Origin: Saccostrea cucullata
Taxonomy: Eukaryota
Assembly (NCBI RefSeq): GCF_032062105.1
Contig: NW_026935196.1
Location: 124,001-188,000, forward strand
Reading direction: 5' to 3'
DNA length: 64,000 bases
Shown: positions 50,283-63,806 of the stretch, in pieces
Numbering within the stretch: position 1 is the first letter of the stretch
Layout of the letters: every line of letters starts with the position of its first letter
Translations under genes and position numbers: made by a program
The notes under the pieces: model-generated
Databases searched by the model: none
What the model saw: the letters and a program-made list of their open reading frames with translations, nothing else
What the model was told of the DNA's origin: nothing

Positions 50283-51219
50283 TTAAAATCACACGTATTA
50301 TTATTATACGCGTATCTGAAAATTTGATTAATTTTAGATAACATTGATGTACTTAGTATATAAGGGCAGTAGATTTATTAACCGGTGGTATGGACAGTGA
50401 ATAATGGCTTAACAAGTAATATTAGATTGTCAGCCAGTATTTGACTTAATGATAGATTGTATATGCTGACAAGTTCATTGTATCGGGTGTAGCACTTGCA
50501 AAATGATGACTTTAAGCGAAACTGTTTATATTCTGGTTTTATCCACTTGTTTGTTAATAGCTTGCCTCGTTCTAGAAATCGTTCCTACGTAGAGCTAGCT
50601 CCTTTTTATCAAGTCAACTGAGAGACATAAAAAACAGGTTATAAGGGTATATTTTCTATATAATTTTCTACAATTTAGAATTTCCAATTCAGAAGTTGGA
50701 ATTATATACTTTAAAGTTGAAAATACCAACTTTAAAGTTGCAAAAGGCAAAGTTGAAGCGGAATTCCGAACTTAACAGAATAATCAACTTCGAAGTTGAA
50801 AATGTCGAAATAAAAAGTTAAAATTTTTCATTTAAGAAAAAGTGGCAATGATAGGCTTCCGTATATTTATTAACCAAATTTATATTATAAATTAGAAAAA
50901 AAGAATTAGGTTGAGGTATGGCGATTATATTTTAAGTAAGGAGATCGGATGAAAGGAAGTACTGTATATAGCTGGCATATTTCCCATCAGTACATCGACC
51001 TTTACAGCTAGGTGACAAACTATAACGATTTATAAATAGATCACCAACCACCGCTATGGAAATGTAAGACCTCTGTTGACACGTGGGGCAAAGTCTGGGA
51101 CTTACGCAATCTTGAGGTGTTGTCTTTTATAAAGAATAAAAAATACATGAGTAATCCTCATCCGCTCTGGGTAACATGCATATATCCGCTTTTGAAATAT
51201 AAAACAAATATCGCAGAGG

Positions 51220-54200
51220 ATGATTGTGGAATCGATCCCAGTTTTCGAATCGGACAATGATTTTAGAAACAAGGAGGGGAGGATGGAGGACTCCTTCTCT
51301 CAAGATTCTACAGAATTCATCCCAAATGATAGCCACGACTTCATGGTCAGTGATACCTACTGTTTCAGTCAAGATCTTGAAATGGGCGTGGCTGAGTTCG
51401 GAATAAGTGAACCGTCCGGGGATGAGTTGCTAGGTCTTGAGATGGGATTAAGCGAGTTCATTATCAGTGACTATCAGATTTCAGAAGAAATTGATCCTGG
51501 ATCCTTTTCTGGTGCTTCCTTTGGAGAAAACCTCACTGCCACGGTCGGACAGAGCTTAAAATTGAGTGGTGGTTTTAGTGAAGAGCTGCATGAAGATGTG
51601 CAAATGCAGAGTGAGCTTAATTTTGTTGGAACACAGGTTGAGGAGAGAAGGGACTGTGTTGAAGAGAATAAAGGCTTTGGCCTGGACCTTCCTGACTGTT
51701 TGGAACCAGAGACGGAAAATGAGACCGGAACAAGCGAAAACAAGGTATTTCATTTTATAAACAAGCATATAAGTCACGAAGCAAGTTTTGGGGAGGTGAC
51801 ACGACAAACGTAATCAGTTTGGGGAGGGGACAATACCAAAGATATATATTTATCGAAAAGCCAAAATAAATAAATAAAAAAATTAAAATAAATTTATAAA
51901 AATGAAATAAAAACAGGTCATAGTTAAGATTGTATTGTTAGGAGACACGAGGATATAGTGCGTACTTGTGTTATCTATATAATATTGGATAATTTATTTA
52001 GAGGTCACCCCCCCCCCCCCTACCCCCGGTTCCTTCGGCTCTGAATCATGTTAAAACATTTAATTTCCTTATTAATTTTTTCTCGCATAAATTGAAATAG
52101 AAAGTGTTTTTCCTTATGCTGGAATGCTACTGTTTGAATAAAAATGAAATAACAAATTTCCCCCTTTTTTAAATTTAAAATGTTAATCAATATTTAACAG
52201 CTTCAATGTTCGATGCGCTTAGAGTAATTCTAAAAATTCCTGTCTGGTTATGTATGGTTTGTATTTGTATATTATTAGATATATATGTCCTGTTACCTGA
52301 AATCTGTCACAGTAAAATCTCTATAGATTCGCCAAATTTGACATGCTGTACTATCAATAAGACTTACCATGTGTCCTATCTACTCGTCTATGAGCCACTG
52401 CAGTTCAAGTGTCTCATATGGTTAAGTACTCATGAAATGTGGGTTCGTTTCCATAAACTAGGTCAGTGTAAATAACAACCTGTCGGGCAGTGATACGTGT
52501 ACAGTACAAATAAGGAGCTAATTCCCTTGTTTATCAGAGAAAATGGACACTAAAACACAAAATAATGGTAAGTTGTTAAAGTTTCAGACTTCTAGTAACA
52601 TATTAACTAGAAAAGAAAACTTCTCGTTTGTGTAAAATGCCAATTATTAGCTCTTAAGACTAGCCCGGGACAGGTTATTAAAACGTCCTATAAATTGACA
52701 TTCACGCATGACGACATCTAGTTTTCTACGCGGCTTGTAATTTTCGGTTTTGAAAGTTTATCAAAAATGTCGTAAATTGTAATTTATTAAATGTGAACAG
52801 AGAAGCAATGGTAAACTAAGTTTGTTTAACAACAGAATCAATCAATTAAGACCCAATGGTTTATTTACATGGATGTTTAATAAAGAAGTCAAGTACGTCG
52901 TTCTAAATATAGACGCAACATTTAGAATGTCGCTGTACATGTTATGCTTACTGAAATCCTCAAATGAAATACTTTCAGTGTATCTTATTGTTGATTTGTT
53001 GTTGATAAACTAAATAGTCATCCATAACGTTAATTCCCTTCCTAACACAGGTACAACATGTACAATGCACTATAAAGCACTCTAAATAGTTTTAAAAGCC
53101 AATTTAAATGATATTTAAATATCAATGATTCGATATTGTTACTGTGCATTGTAGAAGAAAATTATAAAGAGTTGTGTGTTTTACGACATCTTTTGTATAA
53201 CATTTTTTTTAGAGAACGTATTCGGAGATAGGAAATGTAATTTTATATTATCGTCCTACTAATAAAGTATGAACCTTGACTATATGGTCTTCCAGTCTCG
53301 GAAACATAAATTAGATTGGTCAGATAATTAATAATAAATGTATTTTAAAGGTAAAAAGGGTCGTTGCTCCATTCTTTTTTTTTTTTTTTCTTTTTTCGTT
53401 GTTGTTAATCAAAAATGTAAATTTTTATGCTAACTTTTACGACAAACTTAAAAAAAACAAACACAAAAAGCAAGTAAACACCCACTCATATCAAAAAATT
53501 TTGCTATCATATGAGAAAATGTTCCACTTAAGTGTATGTATTGTTAATTTCAATCTTTGTGAGATTTATCCAAATTTTAGAGATTTTTCATAAAGTATAT
53601 GTATAATTTAATGTAAATATCGAAGAAAACTGTAAATACAATTTCATCGTCATGTTATACTGTATAGGCATAATCCCATTTGACTTGTTCCCCATCTTTT
53701 TACCTGAAGATCAAACTTAAATTTCTTTATGGAAATATAATCCATTGAGATAAGTGTGTAAAGTTGTAAACAAGAGCTTTTTTTGACACTGTGACTTTGA
53801 TTAGGTTCATATGGACCTTCTGATAAGAGAGATATCTCTTTGTGTTGTGAATGAATACTTAGCATCACCCCATTCCTCTAAAAAGTTAAGAAATAACTTT
53901 GATGTTTGTTGGTTGTACATCACGTGTATATAATTTTGTCATTTTGTTTGTGTTGGAGAGGACAATTTAAGTTGGAATAACTCATGTTCAATTCCATTGG
54001 TTGTGTTCAATAAAATATGTTTACATCAAATCAATAAAAAGAATCGGTGCTATTTTAATTTTTCGTGGTTTGTGAATCTTGTAAACTAGGTACATATTTG
54101 CTCCTTGAGTGTTGTCCAAGGTTTTTTTTTTTATTATTAAATTCGAGTTTGACTAGGAAAGAATGTTGGTGAATTTTGTGGGAACCGTAAATCCAGGTTT

Positions 54201-57200
54201 TCAAAGTATTCCAGAAGCCCGAACCAGCCACAGTGTTTATTTTTTTAATGCTTTGTCCATCAATTTGGATTGGGTATGATTTTATATTTGACTTAAGATT
54301 TAACACTCCTTTTTACAAGACCTGCTGAATGCATGTCCTAGTATCAAAAATCATTTGGAACGTAGGTTTTGGATATTATTTTACTAGAAAGAGCTAGACG
54401 TTTACGGTAATATAAAAACGAAGAATTATGGTAAACATATTGACTTTTCAGTCGTCTGCTTCGCTTACCTATGCAGCAATGAACCCTTATCACGTGCGGT
54501 GTTTATATCTCTCAGTTGATTAGATAATCAAGAGCATGATCTACGTATAAAGAAGATACAAAACTATTGACAAACAGCAGCTCAACACAACTTCTTCCAG
54601 TTTGTCTTATTTTGGATGTCCTGAAACAAAAGAGTTGCCTTCTCTTTGCCCCTGAAAAAGTTTATGAAATAAGAATAACAACAAGTCTCGTTCGAAGTCG
54701 TCACTTCGCAAATTCTATGGTTGATTTAGTGACCTTGTCGGCAAATACAACCTATCGTGGATTTAAATGCCGACTTACGCTGCTCACTCCTCCATGGCAC
54801 CTGATCCAATCTCAAATGTTTTTAGTAGTCCTTCTTTGCTCTGTTCCCGATTTGCTTTGTTTAAATCGACTTTGAGCTTGAATATCGTGCATTATCCTCA
54901 AATTTCATGAATGAAACATATGGAGATATAACGAACAGTATTATATTCAAGATCAAAAACCATAAAACAATACAAAATAGGAGCAGAGCAAACACGGACC
55001 ACCAAACCATCAGAGGTGGGATCAGGTGCCATGGAGGAATGAAATCAATACCTCATTGACTTTTAAAGAACTTGATATGCCCAAGGCAGAGTGAAATAAT
55101 TAACTTGACATATACTAAATTAACTCTCTGTTCCTTGAGCACATAAGACCTGCCCCGAGGATCACTGTCTCTGCCTGTCTGCTTTTCTGTACCTTGGTCT
55201 AAGTCCATCCCTGATTTTTCCACTGATCGCCATCATATCTCCTCTTATATTTACTTTCTTGGTGGAGTCCATAACTTGGTACTGATTTTGTCTGCCAAAT
55301 AGTTTCCAGTGAGACAATTTACTCTGCATCAATGTCTAAACGTTCTTTCTTTCAGCTTCTTTTGATGGACATATCTAGTTAAATAATCTTTTAAAGTATT
55401 TCCTTTTGGCACATCTGTGCTTCAAAATCATCCCCTTGGAGTTTTTGCGATGCATTAAAAGGTTCACTTGTCTTGTTTTCTGAGCACCTTTTCTACATTT
55501 TTTGCTAGCTTGTCAACATAATTTCTCATGTCTCTCTGTGTACTTAACTTTGTGTTCTTGTTGTGAGGTATTTTCCTAAAGCTGGTCTGTGAAATTGACT
55601 GATTTGGCTATTAGTATTTTCTTTCTCTGATTTAGTTCTTAGTTCGACCATACGATTTCCCTTCTTTTTTTCTTTTCAACTCCCTTTTTTCAATTCCCTG
55701 CTCCCATAAGAATGCTGTAGATTTGCTTAATACTGACTTTTTGCTGTCAATCTATCCTGTGATGGATTCTTTTCCTTGATTGGTAGTACAAACATTTGCA
55801 ATCAGATTAACTCATATGAGGAATAAATCATGAGCTGGTGTTTCCTCCACATTTTTCTTCAGTTCTTTTTTTTTTAAAAAAAGATTTTTTTCCTCCTCTT
55901 CCCTTAAGAATGCTGATTTGCTGAATACAGACTTTTTGCTGTCAACAGTGATGGATTCTTTTTTGATTGATGTTTTGCAATCAGATTAACTCATATGAGG
56001 AATAAATCATGAAAGTGTTTCCTCCACATTTTTCTTCAGTTCTTTTTTTTTTAAAAAAAGATTTTTTTCCTCCTCGCAGATTCTGGGTGAATGACCCAAC
56101 AGTCTGAGATGTTTTGAATGGAATTCCCATAAGTACCAGAATGGCTGAATGTTAACAACAGGCCTATTGTTGTATCTTTATTAAGGAAAATTTATTAAAA
56201 ATCTTTCACATGAAAAAAGTTCTTTGTTGTTACCTTCAATTCAACATTGAGATATATGGACCACCTTTTATCAATTAAAGAATATTCATTTTCATTCCTA
56301 CCTTGATTCGAAATGTCCCTTTGAACTCGGAATAAAAGATTTTCCAGAGTTCAACACATTTGTTTCGTATTTGGATATTTTACTAGAAAAAGATTTTAAG
56401 ACTGTATTGGTAACCAAGCAACTAGACTATGATAAACGTGATTATATACTTTACCTTTTCTATCTTCAAATTCCATGTCCTCATCGTTTAATCGATGGGT
56501 TTGAAAAATCTTAATACATGTACATATTAATTTTTCTAAGAAATAAATATGCGTGTATATACGTCATCCACCATTCTAAAGAAATAAAATCACGAATTTC
56601 GAAATCACATTCAGTTAAAACAGGAAAAAAGTACCCCTGTCTTAAAACTTTGATATAATTGATCATTATTGAAATTTGAAATTCAAACTTCAATCTATGA
56701 CGTTATTGCGTTTGTCAACGCCTCCGCTATTTTAAAATGGTGCGAGCAATATCAAGTAAATAGGCAATCAATCACGATTGGAAAAAAGCACCAGGTAACC
56801 TTTTTATTAGTTTTTGAAAGTTTACATTGAATAACAAGTAGTTTCCCTCTGAGAGAAAGGTCGGAGGACCTCACTCACTTACACATACACACAGAAACAT
56901 ACGTTTGAATTTAAAACCTTAAAAAACTATGGATACCAGTTACAATATTGGATATTCCGGAATTAAATTACCTTACCAACATATTTTTTTTTATCAAAGC
57001 TTTATGTTAAAAATAATCTCCTTGCGTTCCTCTGGCAAATAAATGACGGATATACTAGTATATATAACTATATGTAGTCTTTTTCCAAGAAAGCAATATG
57101 ACACGCCCACCTCTTTGCTTTTCTGCTAACAAGAAGAGCTGTACTCTGTCGACGAAAAAGTGATGCTGATTATATTCTGAATGAAGAATATGTAGATAAC

Positions 57201-60200
57201 GAACAGTATTCAAGCTCAAAGGTCCATAAAACGATACAAACAGAACCACAGCAAACACGGCAAAACATCAGAGGTGGGATCAGATGCCAAGGAGGAGTGA
57301 GCATCCCATACCGACCGGTCACATCCGCCATATGCTCCTTGTCATGATCGGGAAATAGCGAAAAATCTGTTGACAATTCAGTGTGTAAATTAATTAAGAA
57401 TGGTTTTTAGCAAACAGGCGATTGCAAATCACGATATTAGACATAAATGAAATTTTAAAATGAAAACAAAATAACAAACAATTTTTTTCCTGATTACATT
57501 AAAATATATGTACTTCTAAATCAGCACATTTTTGTCGATTATATGATATTGGGAGGTCTACGGAAGTTTTCAATGAAGTAAATATTTACACATATCGTGA
57601 CTTTTTTTGCTTTTAATGCTTCCAAATATATCCCAAACACGTAAAGAAATAAGATGAAATAGTTGTTAAAAGAATAAGCACCTTGGCACTTTCATTCACA
57701 AACCGACACGGTTCACGGATCTGGGCTGCTTAATTGCTTGTTTTTCTCCCGTGAAGTTTTATGAATGAAAACTAGTAACCTAAATATACGAGTAATGTAT
57801 TACTACTAGCGTAAAATAATATTAGCCGGAACGACATGATAATTTGTTTAGATAAAAATAGTTTAGTAGATTATCGACAATGCATAAATAGGATTGACAT
57901 CCCTCTTTTTAAGTATTTGCAAATTTTAACCGATACAAATCACTTATTACACTTCTTTCAGACCTCTCTTCCAAAAATGATGGAGTTCGTAGAATTCCTG
58001 GTGGACATGGAAGGTATTAAGGATTTTAAAACAGCTTCAACTATGACAGATATTATCATGGAAGAAATTGTAGACAATGCTTTAGCAGTGAGTGATTCGT
58101 CCAACTCAGCAAGTAGTCCGTCCACAGGCGAAAGGTTACACTGCCCTGATACGCCGTGTGGACAAGACTCGAACTATTCTGCGAAAAACAGTTCCATCAA
58201 AGCTGTTGTTTCCAAAGCCAAAGACCCTGGTCCTAAATCAACATTCCTCCCTCCCTGTCGTGTGTGCGGGGATAACGCGTCTGGATTTCACTATGGAGCT
58301 AATACATGTGAAGCTTGCAAGGTAAAGGTGGTGTTGAAAAGAAAAGTCTAGCAGGAATTTAATTGGTCTTGCCCATGTTAACGGATATTAGTATCATTAT
58401 GGTCTTTGCAATATATATTTTTCTTGATTTTTTTCATTTCCAGCCGAAATTAAAAATGAAATTTGGGTATTGATCGACCGATATTTTTTCAGCATACACG
58501 TCTTAACCTATAAGTTTCTTGTAGGGTTTCTTCAGAAGAAGTATTGTTAAGGTTCAGCAGAATAAAGAGTCGTATAAATGCGCGGGAAAGGGAAGCGGTT
58601 GTAATCTGGGGCCAGGAAAAAGAAATCCATGCGCGGCCTGTAGATACGCAAGATGTCTGGAAGTGGGAATGTCTATTAACGGTAAGTGTTTAAGTGCAAA
58701 TTACTAAAAACTGTTTATCACAAGACAATGTTAATTTAAAATCATGACGGTAATGTTAATTTGTTCTCACTCTCTTTACTGTCAGTTTCTTAATTATTAA
58801 TAGACAATTTTCTATTAATAGACACAATCTAATGAAATGGAAAGAAACAAAATATACAAGTTCATTTGAAAAAAAATGTTATAAATCATTATTTATTTAT
58901 AAATGATAATTCAATTATTTTTGTTGATTTGATTTATTATTGTTGTGTTACTTTTTCCTAGTTCTACTTGTAGGAGAAAAGAAATAAATTGTCTATGTGA
59001 TCTCTGTTTCTTTCAGCAATAAAAACCGGTAGATACACGTACGAGAAGAGAACTAAGGACACTGTGGAGGTGAGGAATATGAAGGCGGTGGAGAGCCCCT
59101 CCCACCTAGAGACCTACATCAGTGACTCGGAGGTGGACCAGATCATCCAGGCCCTGAAAGACGTCCTCCTAAAGAACTGTCCACAGGCCTACAAAATCTT
59201 TGACAGGGAAACCAACCTACACAGGCAGTGGCAGATCTATGTAAGTCTGCTGGCTTTAATTAATAAACAAAAAGATTTTTACCTCGTTTTATATATGTTT
59301 TTCATCTCTTGTCCTCGGTTTCAATGGTCAAATTCAACAGACCCTCTTTAAAAGACTTTTTAAACTGGTCCAAAGTGTTCGAAAAATGATATTTTGGTAC
59401 AATTAGCAGGGCAATATAAACCTTGCATTTTCTTTATAAGCTTTATGTATTTTGCCATCATGTCCAATCATGTTTTTTCTGTTCAAAACTATAAAAAAAA
59501 CTTAGATAAGTGTGAACCAAGAGAGAATAAAAAACATTTCGTCTTCTTTTAACCAGAATTTTTATTGAAAACATTTTTTACCTTTAATTAAGAATGACTA
59601 CAAGGCCAAAGTGGAAATTTTTGGTTCAATGTCCGTGATTCCAAAAGATGTGTGGGACGAATTTTACAAAGAAACTGGGATAGACTTAGACAACAGACAA
59701 GAGCTGATGAAGGAAATGGCTTGTAGAATGGAGTATGGGCTCACAATGATGGTCGACTTTGTTCGCGCTATTCCGGGATTCGCCGATCTATCCGTGTCTG
59801 ATCAGACAGAACTTATAAAAGGTAATAATAATAATTGGAAAATTAAATTGCTTTGAGAAAGTTATCAGTATTTTAGTTTAACCCTTTTAATTAATTTATT
59901 TCATTTCCATTTTAAAAAGATAGAAATTAAAAACACATTACTTAATTGCTTTTGAAATTGATCTTTCTTACTTAAAAATGAAAAAAAATCCATATTGTAG
60001 GTCAATATGCCCAAATTCTGTGTTATTACTCAACAAAGTTAAAGTTTTTGTTCTCGGAGCTTGGGTGTAGATAATACAATTTTATTTATTAATATACCTT
60101 TGTTAATTTACTAGTATTTGTGCAAAACCTAAATGACTTAAAATAAATTACGTATTTTACCTCTATAGATGAAATATTTGGCATTTTTTAATCACCTTTA

Positions 60201-62175
60201 TGAACAACTAGGTCAGATTCATATAAGTCCCCTGAAAAAGAAAAAAAAAATGCAAAAGAATAAATAACAACTGAAATATTTAACAATATCCAACTATGAA
60301 ATATATAATTGTATGTTTATATCATTTCCTCTGATTTTTCATTTGTGGGTGACTTTTTCTTAGAGAGTGTTCGGAGATAACGAACAGTAATCAAGCTAAA
60401 AGCTCCATTGATACAAACTGGGAGCAGAGGAAAGACGGACCTCTAAACTATCAGGTGGGATCAGCTGCCATGGAGGATGTAACAACTTCGCTAAGACATT
60501 ATGAATCTAAGAATTTGTGAAACTAAACGTAAACAAAGAAGAAAACAATAAATTTTAGAAACTTTGACAATTTGAGTTTCTGTCATTCTGGTTTGTAACT
60601 CTCGCTATCTTATAACAGGCTATGGACTTCGTATAGGGAAAGGAATTCTCGAATTTTGCAGCATTTTTAGTATTTGTTCATAGTGTTAAAGGATATCACT
60701 TTTATTCTGAAAATGTAGTGAACATTTTCATTTAATAATTTAATTTGTAATAATTGCTTTGCAGCATCTCATTTCGAATTTTTCTACTTGATGAATCATA
60801 AAACAATTAATCCTGAATTACGGGTGATATCGGGGATGTTAGGTATGCATCAGAGTGACATGGAAAAAATTGCCGAAAAAGAAATGGTGGACACCCTATT
60901 TCAATTCAGTGCAAGCTTTACTAACCTTGACCTGTGTTTTGATGAGGTGTTACTTCTACGGGGGATAAGTGTTACCTTTGCAGGTAAATTTAGTCAGAAT
61001 GGTCTTCTTTCAGCACTAGTATTTCTTTTCTTTGTAGCATCTCATTTTGAATTTATGTTCATTGGTCATTGTCACTGCTTTAACCCCCACCTGAAAGTTG
61101 TTACGGGGTTAATCGATGCACAGCTACAAGATGTTTATAAGCTATTTGGGATTGATGAATCAGTCACTAGTCAATTCAATCAGATGGCTGCCACCTTACA
61201 AAAGATTAAACTAGATTGGGAGGAAAGTTTTTTGATGCGTAGCATCGCTGTTACTTCCTCAGGTAAGGAGAGTATATACCATGAGAAATAATGTATGCTA
61301 TTGCGGGGGCTATGTCTGCTTTGTGTTCCTTATGTTTTCCATGTTTATCATCCTACCTACTTTTCCTGCACATAGCTACATTGTTCATCGTGCCTTATTG
61401 TATGTCATTCATAATATAGGTTCAGAAATGGCTAGATATGTTTTGGAAGAATATAAACACGTCATTACATGTGTATGTCAATATCTTCTCGCATGTACTC
61501 AGGTAAATTGGAGTTGGAAATACTCAGAATATTAAATGCCTTTCATTTTATGTATCATGCTCCATGTTTGGTGTTGGTTTTTCACTATTGAAATTAGAGA
61601 CCTCAAGTGCGTTGAGTAATCATTCATTTTTAGTTGAATAGTGTTTTCTTCGACCTTGAGCCAAACCTTGATATAATCAAGTAATATATAAAATATACTT
61701 TGATAAGATTAAATAGAAACTAGACATTTTCAGAATTAGTGCTGTTGTAGATAATTAGAAAGACTATGATATAATTTTTTCTGTTTATCTAAAAAAAAAC
61801 CACCAGTAATTTAGTTGTTGTGTTTAAAAATTAATACGCCCTTGACTGTTAGATTACTATTATATTGTTGTTGTTTTTTTTTAATAATTTTTAGTAACTA
61901 GAGGGAGTTCATTTAAATTTTTTTGTTTGCCCACAGATCGTTGTCAGTTGGAGGAACCAAAAGCCGTAGAACGAATTCAGTGGAAGCTGATCAATGCTTT
62001 TAGAGTGCTAGCAAAACGTAAGAACTTCAAGCCAGAGCAAAGGTTGTGGCACATAATGGACCGCCTTACTGCTCTCAGGACTATGACAGAAATAAGCAAG
62101 GAACTGGACAAACAAAAGTGTTCATGGCCAGTCATGAAAGACCACCCTCTGGTTTTGGATATTCTGCAGAGCTGA
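51220..62175 (+). CDS. Nuclear receptor, NR1-like (C4 zinc-finger DBD plus LBD), with duplicated LBD exon
   Basis: Exons 51220-51744 (acidic N-terminus; linkage inferred from phase), 57962-58321 (CRVCGDNASGFHYGANTCEACK), 58525-58681 (GFFRRS..CAACRYARCLEVGMS), 59017-59240 (AIKTGRYTYEKRT), 59593-59821 (FVRAIPGFADLSVSDQTELIK), 60765-60983 or 61038-61262, 61937-62175 (DRCQLEEP..LTALR..HPLVLDIL). Confidence 0.9.
55110..55330 (-). mobile_element. Possible decayed RTE-clade LINE 3' end
   Basis: Frameshifted remnants resembling CL..IW.DKIS, WTPP.K, WRSVEK.GWT and ADR...LCA..E*. Confidence 0.35.
55708..56075. repeat. Tandem duplication, 2 x about 170-190 bp
   Basis: aagaatgctg...gcaatcagattaactcatatgaggaataaatcatga...ttaaaaaaagatttttttcctcctc at 55708-55897 and 55906-56075. 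Confidence 0.9.
60765..60983 (+). CDS. Nuclear receptor LBD alternative exon A (219 nt, phase 1-1)
   Basis: ttgcag|CATCTCATTTCGAA...TTTGCAG|gtaaat; encodes ASHFEFFYLMNHKTINPELRVISGMLGMHQSDMEKIAEKEMVDTLFQFSASFTNLDLCFDEVLLLRGISVTFA. Confidence 0.85.
61038..61262 (+). CDS. Nuclear receptor LBD alternative exon B (225 nt, phase 1-1)
   Basis: ttgtag|CATCTCATTTTGAA...TCCTCAG|gtaagg; encodes ASHFEFMFIGHCHCFNPHLKVVTGLIDAQLQDVYKLFGIDESVTSQFNQMAATLQKIKLDWEESFLMRSIAVTSS. Confidence 0.85.
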
Positions 62176-63806
62176 TAAATATTCTCACTTATTTAAACCA
62201 ATTCTAATGTGATAATATCCTTAAAGCACCTCCTGTTTTAGCCAAAAATGAAGGGCTCTTTAATCCTCTAGGATTCATTGATATAATTTTTGTGGCACCG
62301 ATTTTTGAAATACTATTGCAACTTTGACAAAATTGAACCGATGCCTAGAGCACAGAGCAAGTAGTTGTAAACTGCTTCAACTTGATGATGATGAATGAGA
62401 ACACAGACTCCCAGTGTATGAGTGTTCGTGTTTTTATATAAAGGAAGGAAATGCATCTTTCTTCTAATGTGATCTCAAACACATGACAAACCAGTGAATC
62501 AGTGATAGTTATTTTTGCAGCAAGTTTTATGTCGATGTTATTGTCTCTGTTCATCTATACTTTGATATATAGATTCTCCATGGAACAGTGTTATATGCAA
62601 ACAACATGTGTTTGTTTTGAAAACACTTGTCTAATAATCATTGAGTTTATTCGAAGAATTATATTTTTGGAATCTGAGCTGTTTTTTTCTCACATTTTTG
62701 ATCATAGATAAATATAAGCAGGGCAAATTGAAACAAAACATGTTGATGTGATGTAGTCAGAAAAAACCCCACACATAATCAAAGCTGATACCGTCATATT
62801 GACGGCTTATTGATTGATAAAAGACAAAATCTAAGAATAAGAGAGAATAACTCTGTTTAAGAAACATTCCAAAGCTTCTGACGGAAAAATTAAAAGTTCA
62901 ATGGTAGATTAATAAGCTTGTGGAGTTCATGTTCCAAAAGCCCTCTGTTTCTTCGTTATGATTCAGAAATTATGTGCAGTTTTTTTTCTCCTTATGAACA
63001 ACTGTTCAATCATTTTTCTGAGTTATTTTCAAAAGAAATACCGTCAATCACATTTTTGAGGGGTCAAATTTTCGTGGTTTGAGGAAAATATATTGGTTCA
63101 TTGAAACCAAGAAAATTAACCCCTATAAAATTTATCGATTTCAGGGTAAAGGATATTTAAGCCCAATCGTAAGTGCCAAGTCTTGTTGTTTAATATATTC
63201 TGAAAATTCCATCACCAAGACCTTTACTTCTCGTGAACCTGAAGATTTTAATTTCATCATACTTTGCCATAAAATGGTTGTAATTATTATTCATAATTTT
63301 CATCTGTAAAGTTTAAAATCAATTATATACAATATTTCCATAAAAATTACATTTTTCCATTTTGACAGTACAGAAGCATTATTTTCTTTTTGATGGAAAC
63401 TTTTCTTCTGATTGTGAAGAATGGAACAGTATTTGGATTCCTGTACATTCCTGTTGAGGACTTGTATAGGTTATGCCTGCTGCTTTATCCATTTATGTAG
63501 TTATAACATATTAATATATTTTCAAATCAAATCCTGTACATTCCTAGCAATTTAATTTTATGTTTAAATATTCTATATAAACATTTTTTTCCTTCCCCTT
63601 TGGAAACTTAAATAAATTGATTAATTTGGCAAATATACATGTATGTTTTAATTTTTTTGTTTTTCTTTTGTAATTAATCTTTAAACCTATGAAGTCTCCA
63701 AGTATCTCCAAGTATCTCTACCCCATCCGTCTTTCATTAAAAAAGAGTAAGACTTGTAAGGGTTTATAAATAATACATTTATTATGATGAGTTTTAAGAT
63801 ACACAT

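Noticed and set aside
51127-51807. Antisense and alternative-frame ORFs over the acidic exon
   Set aside because: Shadow ORFs of a GC-richer coding exon with no recognisable motifs.
60788-61291. Single 167-aa continuous exon as given in the ORF track
   Set aside because: It would duplicate LBD helices, and internal canonical donor and acceptor sites delimit two homologous exons.
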